Part shown: one piece after another, positions 13,058-22,625 of the stretch | Layout: every line of letters starts with the position of its first letter | How positions within the stretch are numbered: the first letter of the stretch is position 1 | Source: Nitrospiraceae bacterium | Lineage (GTDB): Bacteria > Nitrospirota > Nitrospiria > Nitrospirales > Nitrospiraceae | Length of the DNA stretch: 64,000 nt | Reading direction: 5' to 3' | Assembly: GCA_050246315.1 (NCBI GenBank) | Contig: JBFWWG010000014.1 | Location: forward strand, 1-64,000 | Notes under the pieces: model-generated | What the model saw: only the letters and a program-made list of their open reading frames with translations | The model's database searches: none | Told to the model about the DNA's origin: nothing | Translations under genes and position numbers: made by a program

Positions 13058-14770
13058 ACGAGGAAACCGCCTTCCCATATTTTGCGCGATATTCCTGGTA
13101 ACCCTCGAACGTAGCCTTGTAGAACTCCAGCAGCTTGGCCCTATTCTGCTCCCGAGGATCCGGCGCCTCACCAGCCATCCATCGCTGCTCACTCGCAATA
13201 ATCTGCGAGAACAAATTCTTGGCCATTTGTAAGAACTCCAGATCCTTGTCCGGCAATTGCTCCTTCAACGCCGGCGTGTCCAACAGGTATTGCGACCGCG
13301 CCACGATACTCGCATCCTGATGCTGAGCCATGTAAAACCTGACCAGCAGTGCCTGCATGGGGGCGTCCGTCCAGTCATCATAGGGCAAGCTGGTACCAGG
13401 TACCGGCTTGGGCTGATAGACAAACGCCGGAGCCGACTCTGGGCTGGGAAATAGCCGGGCTCGCAGCATCACGGCGAAGACGGTTTCCGCTGCAACCAGA
13501 TTTCCCCGTTTCGTCGGATGCACGTGATCCAAAAACAGATCAAACCCGGGAGCATAGGGCGCTGTGGCCCCACGGAAGGCCTCTACCAGATCGGCCACCG
13601 TCACGTTGGCGTGCCGGGCTGCAATGTTCCGCACTGTGTCGCCGAAGGCTGAGATTGCCCGAAACGGATTGCAGTCGTAGTCCCTCGCCAACACATAGTT
13701 CTCATAGGCAAGATCGAGTGACCGGAGGCCTTCATACGCTCTTCCCAGATAGAAGTACCCCTCGGCGTATTGGGGATCCACCGCGACGGCGGCGGTCAGT
13801 TCCTCGACCGCCGTTCGATAGTCGCCGCCAATCAACGCACGACGGCCATGATGGTATCGCGTCTCCCAGTGCGTCAGTTCCGCACCCTGCAGGAATGACA
13901 GGAGACTGCCGGGGTCCACTCCCGAAGATTTACCGGTACCGTCGCCAACACCACTGGGATTCCTCTGGACTCGGCCATCTCCACCATCGACTCGATGCTC
14001 GAAGCGTAATGGTGCTTCACTGCCTCGAATTGCTCCGGATCGGTCCGTAAGGCCACGGCGACCTGCTCCAGCTTGGACCACATGGTGTAGAGGTGATGCC
14101 CTCGCTCATGCGCGCTCAGAGTATTGTCGGGAAACAACCAGCGACCCACTCGGCTTCCCCTGACTCCTCGATACAGCAACGAATGCTTCGCCGCCGACGC
14201 CAGCGGCTCGACCCACGACTCCCCCGTTCGATACACCCGCTTCTCAAGAAACTCGTTATTGCCGCTCCAGATTACGAAGACATCGGGCTCAAACTGAAGA
14301 GCTTCTTCGAAAATCAGCCGTACCCGATAGGCGGCATAGGCATGGGCGCTCAGGTTCAGCACCTCGATGCGCCGATCCGGATACGCTCGTTGGAGTGCCT
14401 CCTGAAGGTAGGCCGAGTAGATTTCGCCTCCCTGATGTGGCCACCCTGCGCTGGCGGAGGCGCCAAGGCAAATCACGCGCAAGGTCTTCGGAGACTTCTT
14501 TGCGGTGAAGGCTGTCTCACGCTCGCTGTACACATCCCGGTGGATCACTTGGTAGTAGAGCGTGCCGTTAACGTTCTTTTTCATGAAGAATTCCGGAACC
14601 GTCCCGAAGCTCAGGAAAGGGTCCTGTGGAATCTGAAACCCGGCGACTCTCAATCCGATTTCGAGCAAAACGAGCGGAAAGACAATCCCCACAACAGCCA
14701 CGATGACATAGAAGGCAATCCTCTTGTGCGTGGACATCCTTCCGGCGATTTGAGAAGACGTTGGGGACAT
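13056..14770 (-). pseudogene. membrane-anchored SGNH/GDSL-like + TPR protein, split by a frameshift near 13890
   Basis: ORF 13874-14770 (TM, CLGASASAG, WSGNNEFLE) continues in ORF 13056-14081 (TPR, FLDHVHPT). One extra base in cattcctgcag restores ...SCHSLQGAELTHWE. Confidence 0.75.
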
Positions 14771-15354
14771 CGAGCAAGCACCTCCTCCTAACAGTATCTT
14801 TCGTCATCCGACGAAACATACCTCGCGAGAAATTCCCTTCCGATTTCGCTCATCTCATTACGATCCACCGCTGCGACTTTCATTCCCAATCTGAATGAGA
14901 ACCCAAGGAATAGTCTCTCATTTCAAACCATGCAATGGCACCCGTGACATAGAGCTTTCAAATGCCCGCTTCGTAACCAGATTGCTCCTGATTCGACTGA
15001 ACACCGAGCGGAATCGATCATCGTGCGCGATTACGATGTCCTACACAGTTCTGAACGGGAATGTGCGCGGTCGGACTCGCATCGATCATTCAACCGCGAT
15101 TCTCTATGAATGAGGAGATCGGAAGCCAAACCTCAGCACCAGACACAAGAAGACCGCTACACGGTGAGAGCGACGATTGGCCAAGACCGGAACGGACAAT
15201 CAGGAAGGGCCAACGGAATGGTAACCGGGGCGGGATGATTGAATGGTCCATTACACATGCGGCACGTGCGACGGGCTTCATGCCCCAAGCGCATAGTACC
15301 GCATCCTCAAACTGATGTCTCCTACAAGTCCGCATGGGGCAATCACACGCATGA

Positions 15355-16152
15355 TCATCTCGTCCCAGGCAGGGCTTGATAAAAGCCGTTGATTTGGATG
15401 AGCTCAACGGGCCTTTCATAGAGTTGCGTCAGCGCGGGGCCCGTCAGCACCTGCGTCTTGGGACCGTCGGCGGCAACCCGCCCGTCTTTCAGCAGTACGA
15501 CCCGCTCGACCTCCGGAGGAATTTCATGGATATGGTGAGTGACGAGTAGAACCGTCTTGCCTTCACGCATGAGCGCCCGCATCATCTCTAGGTAGGCAAA
15601 GCAGGCCGAGAGATCCAGCCCGCTGGTCGGCTCGTCGAAGACCAGCACGGCCGGATCATGCACCAGCGCCCGGCCTAACAGGAATCGCCGCTGTTCGCCA
15701 GTCGAGAGCGTCCCGAACCGGCGGACGACTAGGTCCTCGACGCCCAGCGCGCAGGCGATTTCCTGCGCCCTGGCGCGCTGCTCGATCTCGAAACGCTGGT
15801 GATCGTATGTGCCGATGCTCGCATAGTAGCCGGAGAGTATGACGTCGAGTCCCGTGACATGCTCCATGTATTGATTCTGAAGATCATTGGACACGAGACC
15901 CATATGCTTTCTCAACTCCCATACGTTCCAACGCTCCCTTCCAAACAGGCGCCGCACCGTTCCGTCGTGAGGAACAGGGTGCAGGTCGCAGGAGAGCAGC
16001 TTCAGCAACGTCGATTTCCCGGCTCCGTTGGGACCAAGGATCGCCGTATGCTCACCTCGGTGAAGCGAAAGCGTGAGGCGGTCGAACACCTTGGTGTCGC
16101 CTCTGAAGGCCGTGACATTCTGCAATTCGACGATCGGCGCACGATCGATCAC
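15355..16152 (-). CDS. ABC transporter ATP-binding protein (ModF/YlmA-like)
   Basis: GPNGAGKST, LSTGEQRR, VFDEPTSGLD, H-loop VTHH; GTG start after GAGGAG. Confidence 0.9.
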   Translation of the reverse strand: MIDRAPIVELQNVTAFRGDTKVFDRLTLSLHRGEHTAILGPNGAGKSTLLKLLSCDLHPVPHDGTVRRLFGRERWNVWELRKHMGLVSNDLQNQYMEHVTGLDVILSGYYASIGTYDHQRFEIEQRARAQEIACALGVEDLVVRRFGTLSTGEQRRFLLGRALVHDPAVLVFDEPTSGLDLSACFAYLEMMRALMREGKTVLLVTHHIHEIPPEVERVVLLKDGRVAADGPKTQVLTGPALTQLYERPVELIQINGFYQALPGTR

Positions 16153-16306
16153 AGTCCACGACTCCTCTTCATCTCGTCGGCTGAGCTTAGCCGCGAACCG
16201 ATCGATCCTGCAACCAAGGACGCAGCGGAGGCCGGCCCACGCTGGCTTGATCCCCAACTCGAAGTATGATGTGCTAGCCCCCGTTCCTCAACGAGGAGGT
16301 ACGGCC

Positions 16307-17173
16307 ATGCGATGGGAGGGGCAACGTCAAAGCGACAACATCGAGGATCGCCGCAGAATGGGTCCTGGTCGTCCCGGAGTCGGTATTGGCTTAGGCGGAA
16401 TCGTCCTCGTGCTCGCCGTCAGTTATTTCACCGGCACCAATCCTCTTCAGATTCTGAACATGATCGCCGGCCTCCAGGAGGGCGCCGAACCATCACCGGT
16501 GGAAACCTCCGGCCCGACGCAACGGCCGGAGGATCAATTGGGGCAATTCGCCTCGGTCGTGCTCGCCGACACGGAAGAGACCTGGCGGTCTCTCTTTTCA
16601 CAAAAGGGTCGCTCCTACAGGGAGCCTCGTCTGGTGCTGTTTACCGGAGCAGTCCGTTCGACCTGCGGCACGGCCTCGTCGGCGGTCGGCCCCTTTTACT
16701 GCTCCGGCGATCACAAGGTTTATCTGGACCTTTCCTTCTTCCAAGAGTTGTCCCAGCGGCTGGGTGCGCCCGGGGATTTCGCCCAGGCCTACGTGATCGC
16801 CCACGAGATCGGCCATCATGTGCAAAACCTGCTCGGCGTGGCGGAGCAGGTGGCCCATCGCCAGCGCCAAACCTCCACGGCCGAGGCGAATGCGCTGTCG
16901 GTGAAGATGGAATTACAGGCCGATTGTTTGGCCGGCGTGTGGGGTCACCATGCCCGCCGCGAGCGACGCCTGATCGAGCCCGGTGATTTCGAGGAAGGTC
17001 TGCGGGCCGCGGCCGCCATCGGTGACGACCGGCTGCAACACATGTCCCAAGGACATGTGCAACCGGAAAGCTGGACTCACGGGTCGTCGAAACAGCGGGT
17101 CACATGGCTACGGCGCGGCCTCGACTCCGGCGATCCGGCTTCCTGCGACACCTTCGCCGAGGGCGGCATCTAG
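16307..17173 (+). CDS. neutral zinc metallopeptidase (YpfJ-like)
   Basis: MRWEGQRQSDNIEDRR start, GPFYC, AHEIGHHVQ, ELQADC, HGSS; GGAGG RBS. Confidence 0.9.
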   Translation: MRWEGQRQSDNIEDRRRMGPGRPGVGIGLGGIVLVLAVSYFTGTNPLQILNMIAGLQEGAEPSPVETSGPTQRPEDQLGQFASVVLADTEETWRSLFSQKGRSYREPRLVLFTGAVRSTCGTASSAVGPFYCSGDHKVYLDLSFFQELSQRLGAPGDFAQAYVIAHEIGHHVQNLLGVAEQVAHRQRQTSTAEANALSVKMELQADCLAGVWGHHARRERRLIEPGDFEEGLRAAAAIGDDRLQHMSQGHVQPESWTHGSSKQRVTWLRRGLDSGDPASCDTFAEGGI

Positions 17174-17366
17174 CCTCAACCCTATCAGCCTGTAGCGCAA
17201 CCTGACTCGGTACCGTACAAGGATCGAGCCCGCCGGACTCCTGGCGCCCTCGCTTTTCCACGGCAGTGATGCCAACGACGACGGCGCCATCGGGGAGCAC
17301 CCCCTATTGCTCCCCGATGTCGAAGATGTTGCGTTTAGTGACACCAATCGCTAAACTACATTCCCT

Positions 17367-18506
17367 ATGGTTCATCGTCGATGGTGGCAACAAAAGATCG
17401 AGCAAGTGTGGAGGGAGCGTTCCATCATCTGGCTGTCCGGGGTCAGACGAGTCGGAAAAACCCTCCTGTGTCAGTCGCTCGACCAAATCGAGTATTTCGA
17501 CTGCGAACTTCCCCGAACCCGTCGCCTGCTCGATGACCCCGAGGCGTTTCTGGACCAGCACCGTAGAAAGCGCCTCATCCTGGATGAGGTCCATCGCCTG
17601 CCTAATCCCTCAGAGTTGCTGAAAATTGCGGCGGACCACTACCGAGACACCCAGATAGTCGCAACCGGTTCCTCGACGCTGGGAGCTTCCAGCAAGTTTC
17701 GCGATACCCTGGCTGGCCGAAAGGCTGAGGTCTGGTTGACGCCCATGACGTTGGAGGATCTCTCAGCCTTCGGAAACCCGGATCTGCGCCACCGCCTGCT
17801 CCACGGAGGATTGCCGCCACTGTTTCTCGCCGGCTCCATTCCCGAGTCGGCCTTCCAGGAATGGATGGACTCCTATTGGGCGAAAGACATTCAAAGCCTG
17901 TTTCGCTTGGAGAGGCGCCATTCCTTCGAGCGCTTTGCCGAACTCTTGTTCGCCCAGAGCGGGGGCCTCTTTGAGGCCACTCGCTTTACGCGCGCCTGTG
18001 AGGTCAGTCGCCAGACGATCATGAACTATCTCGCCGTGCTGGAAAGCACTTACCTGGTCCATGTCTTGCGCCCCTTTTCCACCCATCGAACCACTGAAAT
18101 CGTGTCCGCGCCCAAAGTCTATGCCTTCGATTCGGGATTCACCTGCTATTATCGAGGCTGGAATACCCTGAGGCAGGAAGATCTCGGCTATCTCTGGGAA
18201 CACCTGGTCCTTAACGAACTCCAGGCTTATTTGCAGACAAGACGAATCGGCTATTGGCGAGACAAACGTGGGCATGAAGTCGATTTTGTGCTGGCCCGCC
18301 GGGCACAGCCGCCGTTGGCGATCGAGTGCAAGTGGTCGGCGGAGGATGTCGATCTGGTCAACCTCAAAGCCTTTGCACACCAGTATCCCAAAGCGAAGAT
18401 CTACGTGGTGGCAGAGGATGTTGAGCGGACTTATCAGAGGCGCAGCGAGTCGATGACCGTGACCTATTGCAGCCTGTCGACCCTGCTGAAATCACTCACC
18501 GGATAG
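17367..18506 (+). CDS. AAA_14 ATPase with C-terminal DUF4143 (PD-(D/E)XK-like) domain
   Basis: GVRRVGKT, LILDEVH, ATGSS, KVYAFDSG, YWRDKRGHEVDFV...AIECKW. Confidence 0.88.
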   Translation: MVHRRWWQQKIEQVWRERSIIWLSGVRRVGKTLLCQSLDQIEYFDCELPRTRRLLDDPEAFLDQHRRKRLILDEVHRLPNPSELLKIAADHYRDTQIVATGSSTLGASSKFRDTLAGRKAEVWLTPMTLEDLSAFGNPDLRHRLLHGGLPPLFLAGSIPESAFQEWMDSYWAKDIQSLFRLERRHSFERFAELLFAQSGGLFEATRFTRACEVSRQTIMNYLAVLESTYLVHVLRPFSTHRTTEIVSAPKVYAFDSGFTCYYRGWNTLRQEDLGYLWEHLVLNELQAYLQTRRIGYWRDKRGHEVDFVLARRAQPPLAIECKWSAEDVDLVNLKAFAHQYPKAKIYVVAEDVERTYQRRSESMTVTYCSLSTLLKSLTG

Positions 18507-18725
18507 CCGGCCTCCGGCAGAAGGTCATCACCTGCTTCGACTCAAACTTGCCTAATTCCGGCGCAAGCGCGGAAACCTGTCCAGTTGCGGGATATGCCAC
18601 AGGAACAAGGCGTGACAGGATTGGACGGCTTGGGGAAGGCTGGTCGTCATGCCATCAACCTGAGTCTTCCAGCATTTTCTTTGCCATGGCCCTCGCTCGA
18701 TACGCTATCGGGCGAGGCCAGGGTA

Positions 18726-18765
18726 TTTCAGAAGTGCAAAGGGTCAAAGCACAATGAGCAAAAGG
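18726..18765 (-). repeat. 40-nt pyrimidine-rich tract after the stop of TIR-FGE gene 1
   Basis: ccttttgctcattgtgctttgaccctttgcacttctgaaa; 31/40 identical without gaps to 41733-41772. Confidence 0.8.
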
Positions 18766-20001
18766 TTAGGGGATGTCCTGGACTAGACGAAAGCCCAGGA
18801 AGTTGGAACGGTAGACAGCTCGCTGGCACTCCCGCCTCGACGCAGGCAGAAACCCCTTAGCGAAGTTCCAGGCCCCGCCCCGGATCACGCGGGACTCTTC
18901 TTCTTCGTCATACCAGCTGGCACACCATTCCCACACATTGCCGGCCATGTCATAGCAGCCATAGGGGCTGACCCCATCTGGGTACCGAGTTTTCGGGGTT
19001 GTACGACATATGGATGATTCGCCACTGTTGCACTTGTTCTTCTCAAACTCGTCACCCCATGGATAGATGCGGCCATCCGTGCCCCTCGCTGCCTTCTCCC
19101 ACTCCTGTTCGGTCGGCAACCGTTTGCCTGTCCATGTGGCATAGGCCTCCGCTTCGTAAAAGCTCACGCCAACCACAGGACGATTGGGCTTGTTCCATTC
19201 GATATCATTCCAAGAGACAGGAGACTGGACGCTGTTGTTCGTTTTCCATGCCCAGCCCTCTTGGGACCAGTGCACCTGATCTTGGTACCCACCCGCTGAG
19301 ATGAATACTCCAAATTCCTCATTCACGACGGGGAAGCTGTCGATCCAGTAGTCGTGGTCGATCGTCTCACGACGTTTCTCCTCCCCATATAGAAACGGTC
19401 CCCTCGGCACCAGGACCATGCCTGCGGGGGCCTCGGTTGATTGTGGCTCGATTCGCAGACTGACTGATTGAGTTTCTTTAACCTCCCTGCTGGGGACTTG
19501 GACCTCGGTGTGCTGTTCCGTGCGGTGCTCGTCGAAGAGCTGAATCTGTTTCTTCAGGTAGTCGATCAGCCGGTCCATATCCCGATGAAAATCCGGATCG
19601 GGTCGCACCGCGATGCCGTTGCGATAGGCCAAGTCTTCGATACTCTTGGGGAGTCGCTCAGCCGGTGGAATCGAGGCTCCTCCCACCAGTACCGGAATGA
19701 GTGGGATCCCGCGCTTCAGTGCTGACTCGATTTCGATGCGGACGAAATCCCGTGGGTCTTCCAACCTGGACTTGCCCTTCCCGCCCTTTGTTTTCATCCA
19801 GTCCCGCCCGATCACCGCAAGAAACACCTGGCACTTGGCCACCTGCTCATCCAGATAGGTTCGAAAATCGACACCCAGCGGAATGGAATCGACATCCTTA
19901 AACACTGATTCTCGATCAAATTGTTGGATGAGCCGGTCATACATGCGCCCGGTGACATCGGCGCTATCCTCACGACGGTAGGAAATCAGGATCTTGCTCA
20001 T
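18766..20001 (-). CDS. TIR domain + FGE-sulfatase (C-type lectin fold) protein, soluble; candidate DGR target
   Basis: N-terminus ILISYRREDS...VFKDVDSIPLGVDF...DFVRIEIESAL (TIR_2). C-terminus RLPTEQEWEKAARG, YDMAGNVWEW, RVIRGGAW...LGFRLV. The catalytic cysteines of true FGE are absent. Confidence 0.9.
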   Translation of the reverse strand: MSKILISYRREDSADVTGRMYDRLIQQFDRESVFKDVDSIPLGVDFRTYLDEQVAKCQVFLAVIGRDWMKTKGGKGKSRLEDPRDFVRIEIESALKRGIPLIPVLVGGASIPPAERLPKSIEDLAYRNGIAVRPDPDFHRDMDRLIDYLKKQIQLFDEHRTEQHTEVQVPSREVKETQSVSLRIEPQSTEAPAGMVLVPRGPFLYGEEKRRETIDHDYWIDSFPVVNEEFGVFISAGGYQDQVHWSQEGWAWKTNNSVQSPVSWNDIEWNKPNRPVVGVSFYEAEAYATWTGKRLPTEQEWEKAARGTDGRIYPWGDEFEKNKCNSGESSICRTTPKTRYPDGVSPYGCYDMAGNVWEWCASWYDEEEESRVIRGGAWNFAKGFLPASRRECQRAVYRSNFLGFRLVQDIP

Positions 20002-20063
20002 GGTCTACCAGCGCGTTCCCGGTCCACGAATATAACCACCATCGCAAGCATCGAGACGGCAAA

Positions 20064-20121
20064 AGGCTACTGGTTGCGCAGAAGTGTGTCAACAAGCAGG
20101 CCTGGAGAAATACCAGTATTT
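20064..20121 (-). promoter_or_regulatory. sigma70 promoter plus upstream palindromic box of TIR-FGE gene 1
   Basis: TTGACA-17-TAGCCT (20092-20064); AAATAC-ca-GTATTT at 20108-20121. Confidence 0.75.
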
Positions 20122-20247
20122 ACGAGGGGTGAGCGAGCTGTAGTCCGGCGCGGCCCTCACGAGAGGACCGGCTCTACTGCCCGCGTGTAACTGAGCACTC
20201 TGGAAATGGAATGGTTGGTCGAAGTCGGATAGTTCCGCAATACCACT

Positions 20248-20371
20248 CAGGGTGTTCAAAAAGGCCGTTCAGCGAGGCCGCAGTGAGCGAAGGTCCGAGG
20301 CGCACTCTTTGCCGTGCGTTGAGGGTCTGAAGGATGCGAGAACAAAGCTGGCGGACTTTTTCAACACCCTG
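20248..20371. mobile_element. MITE-like element, about 124 bp (family also at 56886-57006; half copy at 40246-40281)
   Basis: TIRs cagggtgttcaaaaag / ctttttcaacaccctg; the internal sequence aligns with the reverse complement of 56886-57006. Confidence 0.75.
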
Positions 20372-20372
20372 C

Positions 20373-20945
20373 CTAAAAGCCCGTGCCGATGCTGATGCCG
20401 CCGCCGGTTCTGACTCCCCCACCGCCGCCGACGCCCACCCCGCCGGAAATCCCCCACCAAGGACCAGCTCTCGCTCGCTCCGCATAATCACTTGCAGTCC
20501 AGAGGTGCAGGTGTTTGATGTCCAGCGTGGGATAGCGATATTCCACCTCGTCCAATCGCTCCGTCCTCGCCCCCGTCACCTGCCCCACGATCGTGATTCT
20601 GGCTCGGTCCCCGACCGTCGCCGGATCCAAAAAGCCGTCCTGCCGAGCGAGAAATCGCCCCTGGCTTTCCGTTCGCTCCCGGGCGGGCCGCTGCCCCCTG
20701 TCCAAGGGAAGCTGGAGAACTTCGAGCACCGTTCCGCCGTCGGCGCTGGTCGCTTTCAACACCTCGCCGCCCACCACGACCATTTTTCCCTGATACGAGT
20801 CCGGGCTCGCCAGCAGTTGTTGAAACGAGAGCGAGGAATCAATCTGCGGCGCGAGCGGCTCCGGCACGACGAATCCGGATGTTCCGCAGCCGCCGAGCAG
20901 CAGAGCTATCAGGAGTATGAGCAGTCTTCCGATATGGCCAGGCAT
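20373..20945 (-). CDS. Slp-family outer membrane lipoprotein
   Basis: LGGC lipobox; GGEVL, EVLQLPLD, SQGRFL, GFLDPA, YRYP...LHLW. Confidence 0.88.
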   Translation of the reverse strand: MPGHIGRLLILLIALLLGGCGTSGFVVPEPLAPQIDSSLSFQQLLASPDSYQGKMVVVGGEVLKATSADGGTVLEVLQLPLDRGQRPARERTESQGRFLARQDGFLDPATVGDRARITIVGQVTGARTERLDEVEYRYPTLDIKHLHLWTASDYAERARAGPWWGISGGVGVGGGGGVRTGGGISIGTGF

Positions 20946-21125
20946 GCCATACCTCCGATGATCACAAGGTCGTGATGTCGAGCGTCTACGTCGAGCCTAC
21001 ACGAGGCGACGTGCCTGAGCAAGGTTGGGCGATTCCGCTTTTGTGCCTTGACTTCAATCACCGCTCCATTGGACTATGCGCTCGTTTCGGCACTATTCAC
21101 CGCCCACAGGACATAGAGAGGGCCT

Positions 21126-21803
21126 ATGAGACGCGCTGATATTCCGAGCCGCATCCTGTTTCGCTTGTTGCCTTGTCTCCTGATAGGACTGCTACTGCCA
21201 GGCTGCGACAGTCTGTACATGGGTGCCATGGAAAAGATGGGCTATGCGAAACGCGATATCCTGAGCAGCCGCGTCAAGGCGGCGCGCGATGCCCAGCAAG
21301 ACGCCAAGCAAGAGATCCAGAGCGCGCTCGATCAGTTCGGCAAGGTCGTCAACTTTTCCGGGGGCGATCTCGAGGCCACCTATAAGAAATTGAACAGCGA
21401 GTTGGAATCGAGCGAGGAACAGGCCGAAACGGTCCGGAAGCGCATCGCCGACGTGGAGTCCGTCGCCGACGCCCTGTTCAAGGAATGGAAGAGCGAGCTC
21501 GATCAATATTCCAACAAAGATCTGCGCCGGAAGAGCCAGGAGAAATACACCCAGACCAAGGCCCGATACGGAGAGATGCTTGCGGCGATGAAGAAAGCCG
21601 AGCAGCGGATCGACCCGGTGTTGCAACCGCTGCGAGACCAGGTGCTCTACCTCAAGCACAACCTCAACGCTCAAGCGCTGTCGTCCCTGAAGGGCGAATT
21701 GGTCAAGGTGGACGCCCAAGTCGATCAACTCGTCAAGGACATGAACCGCTCCATCGCCGAGGCCGATAAGTTCATCCAAGGTCTGGAGAAGGATGCATCG
21801 TGA
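21126..21803 (+). CDS. DUF2959-family coiled-coil lipoprotein
   Basis: LPGC lipobox; MEKMGYAKRDIL, LFKEW, DQVLYLKHNLNAQA. Confidence 0.85.
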   Translation: MRRADIPSRILFRLLPCLLIGLLLPGCDSLYMGAMEKMGYAKRDILSSRVKAARDAQQDAKQEIQSALDQFGKVVNFSGGDLEATYKKLNSELESSEEQAETVRKRIADVESVADALFKEWKSELDQYSNKDLRRKSQEKYTQTKARYGEMLAAMKKAEQRIDPVLQPLRDQVLYLKHNLNAQALSSLKGELVKVDAQVDQLVKDMNRSIAEADKFIQGLEKDAS

Positions 21804-21886
21804 TTCGTCAATCGGTCCTGGTCCCGTATGATCTCTTCACAAACGATTGACGGACGACGATTGACGCATGCCGCCGATTGGAGACG

Positions 21887-22609
21887 ATGCAAGAACCAAG
21901 GCCGGGAGCCTATTTCGGCACAGTGATCGGTTTCGTGGTCCTGGCCGGAGCCCTGGGTCTCTCCGGGTGCATGTTGCCGGATCGTCCGAGCCGGCACGTG
22001 CAAGACCTGACCAAGACCGCCACGCAGGGCAATGTCCAATCGGCCTATGAACTCGGATTGGCCTATGAAAAGGGTCGTGGGGTCGGCCAGAATCTGAAAC
22101 AAGCCGAACAATGGTACAGGAAGGCGGCGGAGAAGGGCCATGCGGATGCGCAAGCCAACCTCGGCAGCCTATACCAAGATGGGATCGGCGTCGGACAAAA
22201 CTACAGCGAAGCCCTTCAGTGGTACCGGTTGGCCGCCGATCAGGGGCATCCGGGCGCCATCCGCAATCTCGGTTATCTGTATGACCATGGCCTAGGCGTG
22301 ACCCAAGACACTTCACGGGCCGCCGACCTCTATCGCCAGGCCGCGGAGAAGGGTGACCGTGGCGCCATGATCAATCTGGGCCTGCTCTATGCTGAAGGGC
22401 GCGGTGTTCCAAAAGATCCGGTGCAAGGCTACATGTGGCTGGATCTGGCGCAATCGCAGTCGCCGGAATCGTTAGGCGTTCAGACGAGGTGGCGCATTCA
22501 AGGGACATTGGAGCAATTGGCCGCCGGGATGAAGCCGGAGCAGGTCCAAGAGGCGAAGGCCCTGTCGAAACAATGGGTCGCTGCTCACTCCGGCGATCGA
22601 TCTCCGTAG
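21887..22609 (+). CDS. Sel1-like repeat lipoprotein
   Basis: LSGC lipobox; four LGxxYxxGxGVxQ/WYxxAAxxG repeats. Confidence 0.88.
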   Translation: MQEPRPGAYFGTVIGFVVLAGALGLSGCMLPDRPSRHVQDLTKTATQGNVQSAYELGLAYEKGRGVGQNLKQAEQWYRKAAEKGHADAQANLGSLYQDGIGVGQNYSEALQWYRLAADQGHPGAIRNLGYLYDHGLGVTQDTSRAADLYRQAAEKGDRGAMINLGLLYAEGRGVPKDPVQGYMWLDLAQSQSPESLGVQTRWRIQGTLEQLAAGMKPEQVQEAKALSKQWVAAHSGDRSP

Positions 22610-22625
22610 GTCCTCCGCCGCTCGA

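Noticed and set aside
21048..21061. ttgacttcaatcac as an FNR/CRP box upstream of the DUF2959 gene
   Set aside because: It has two mismatches to the consensus and is equally explained as a -35 element.
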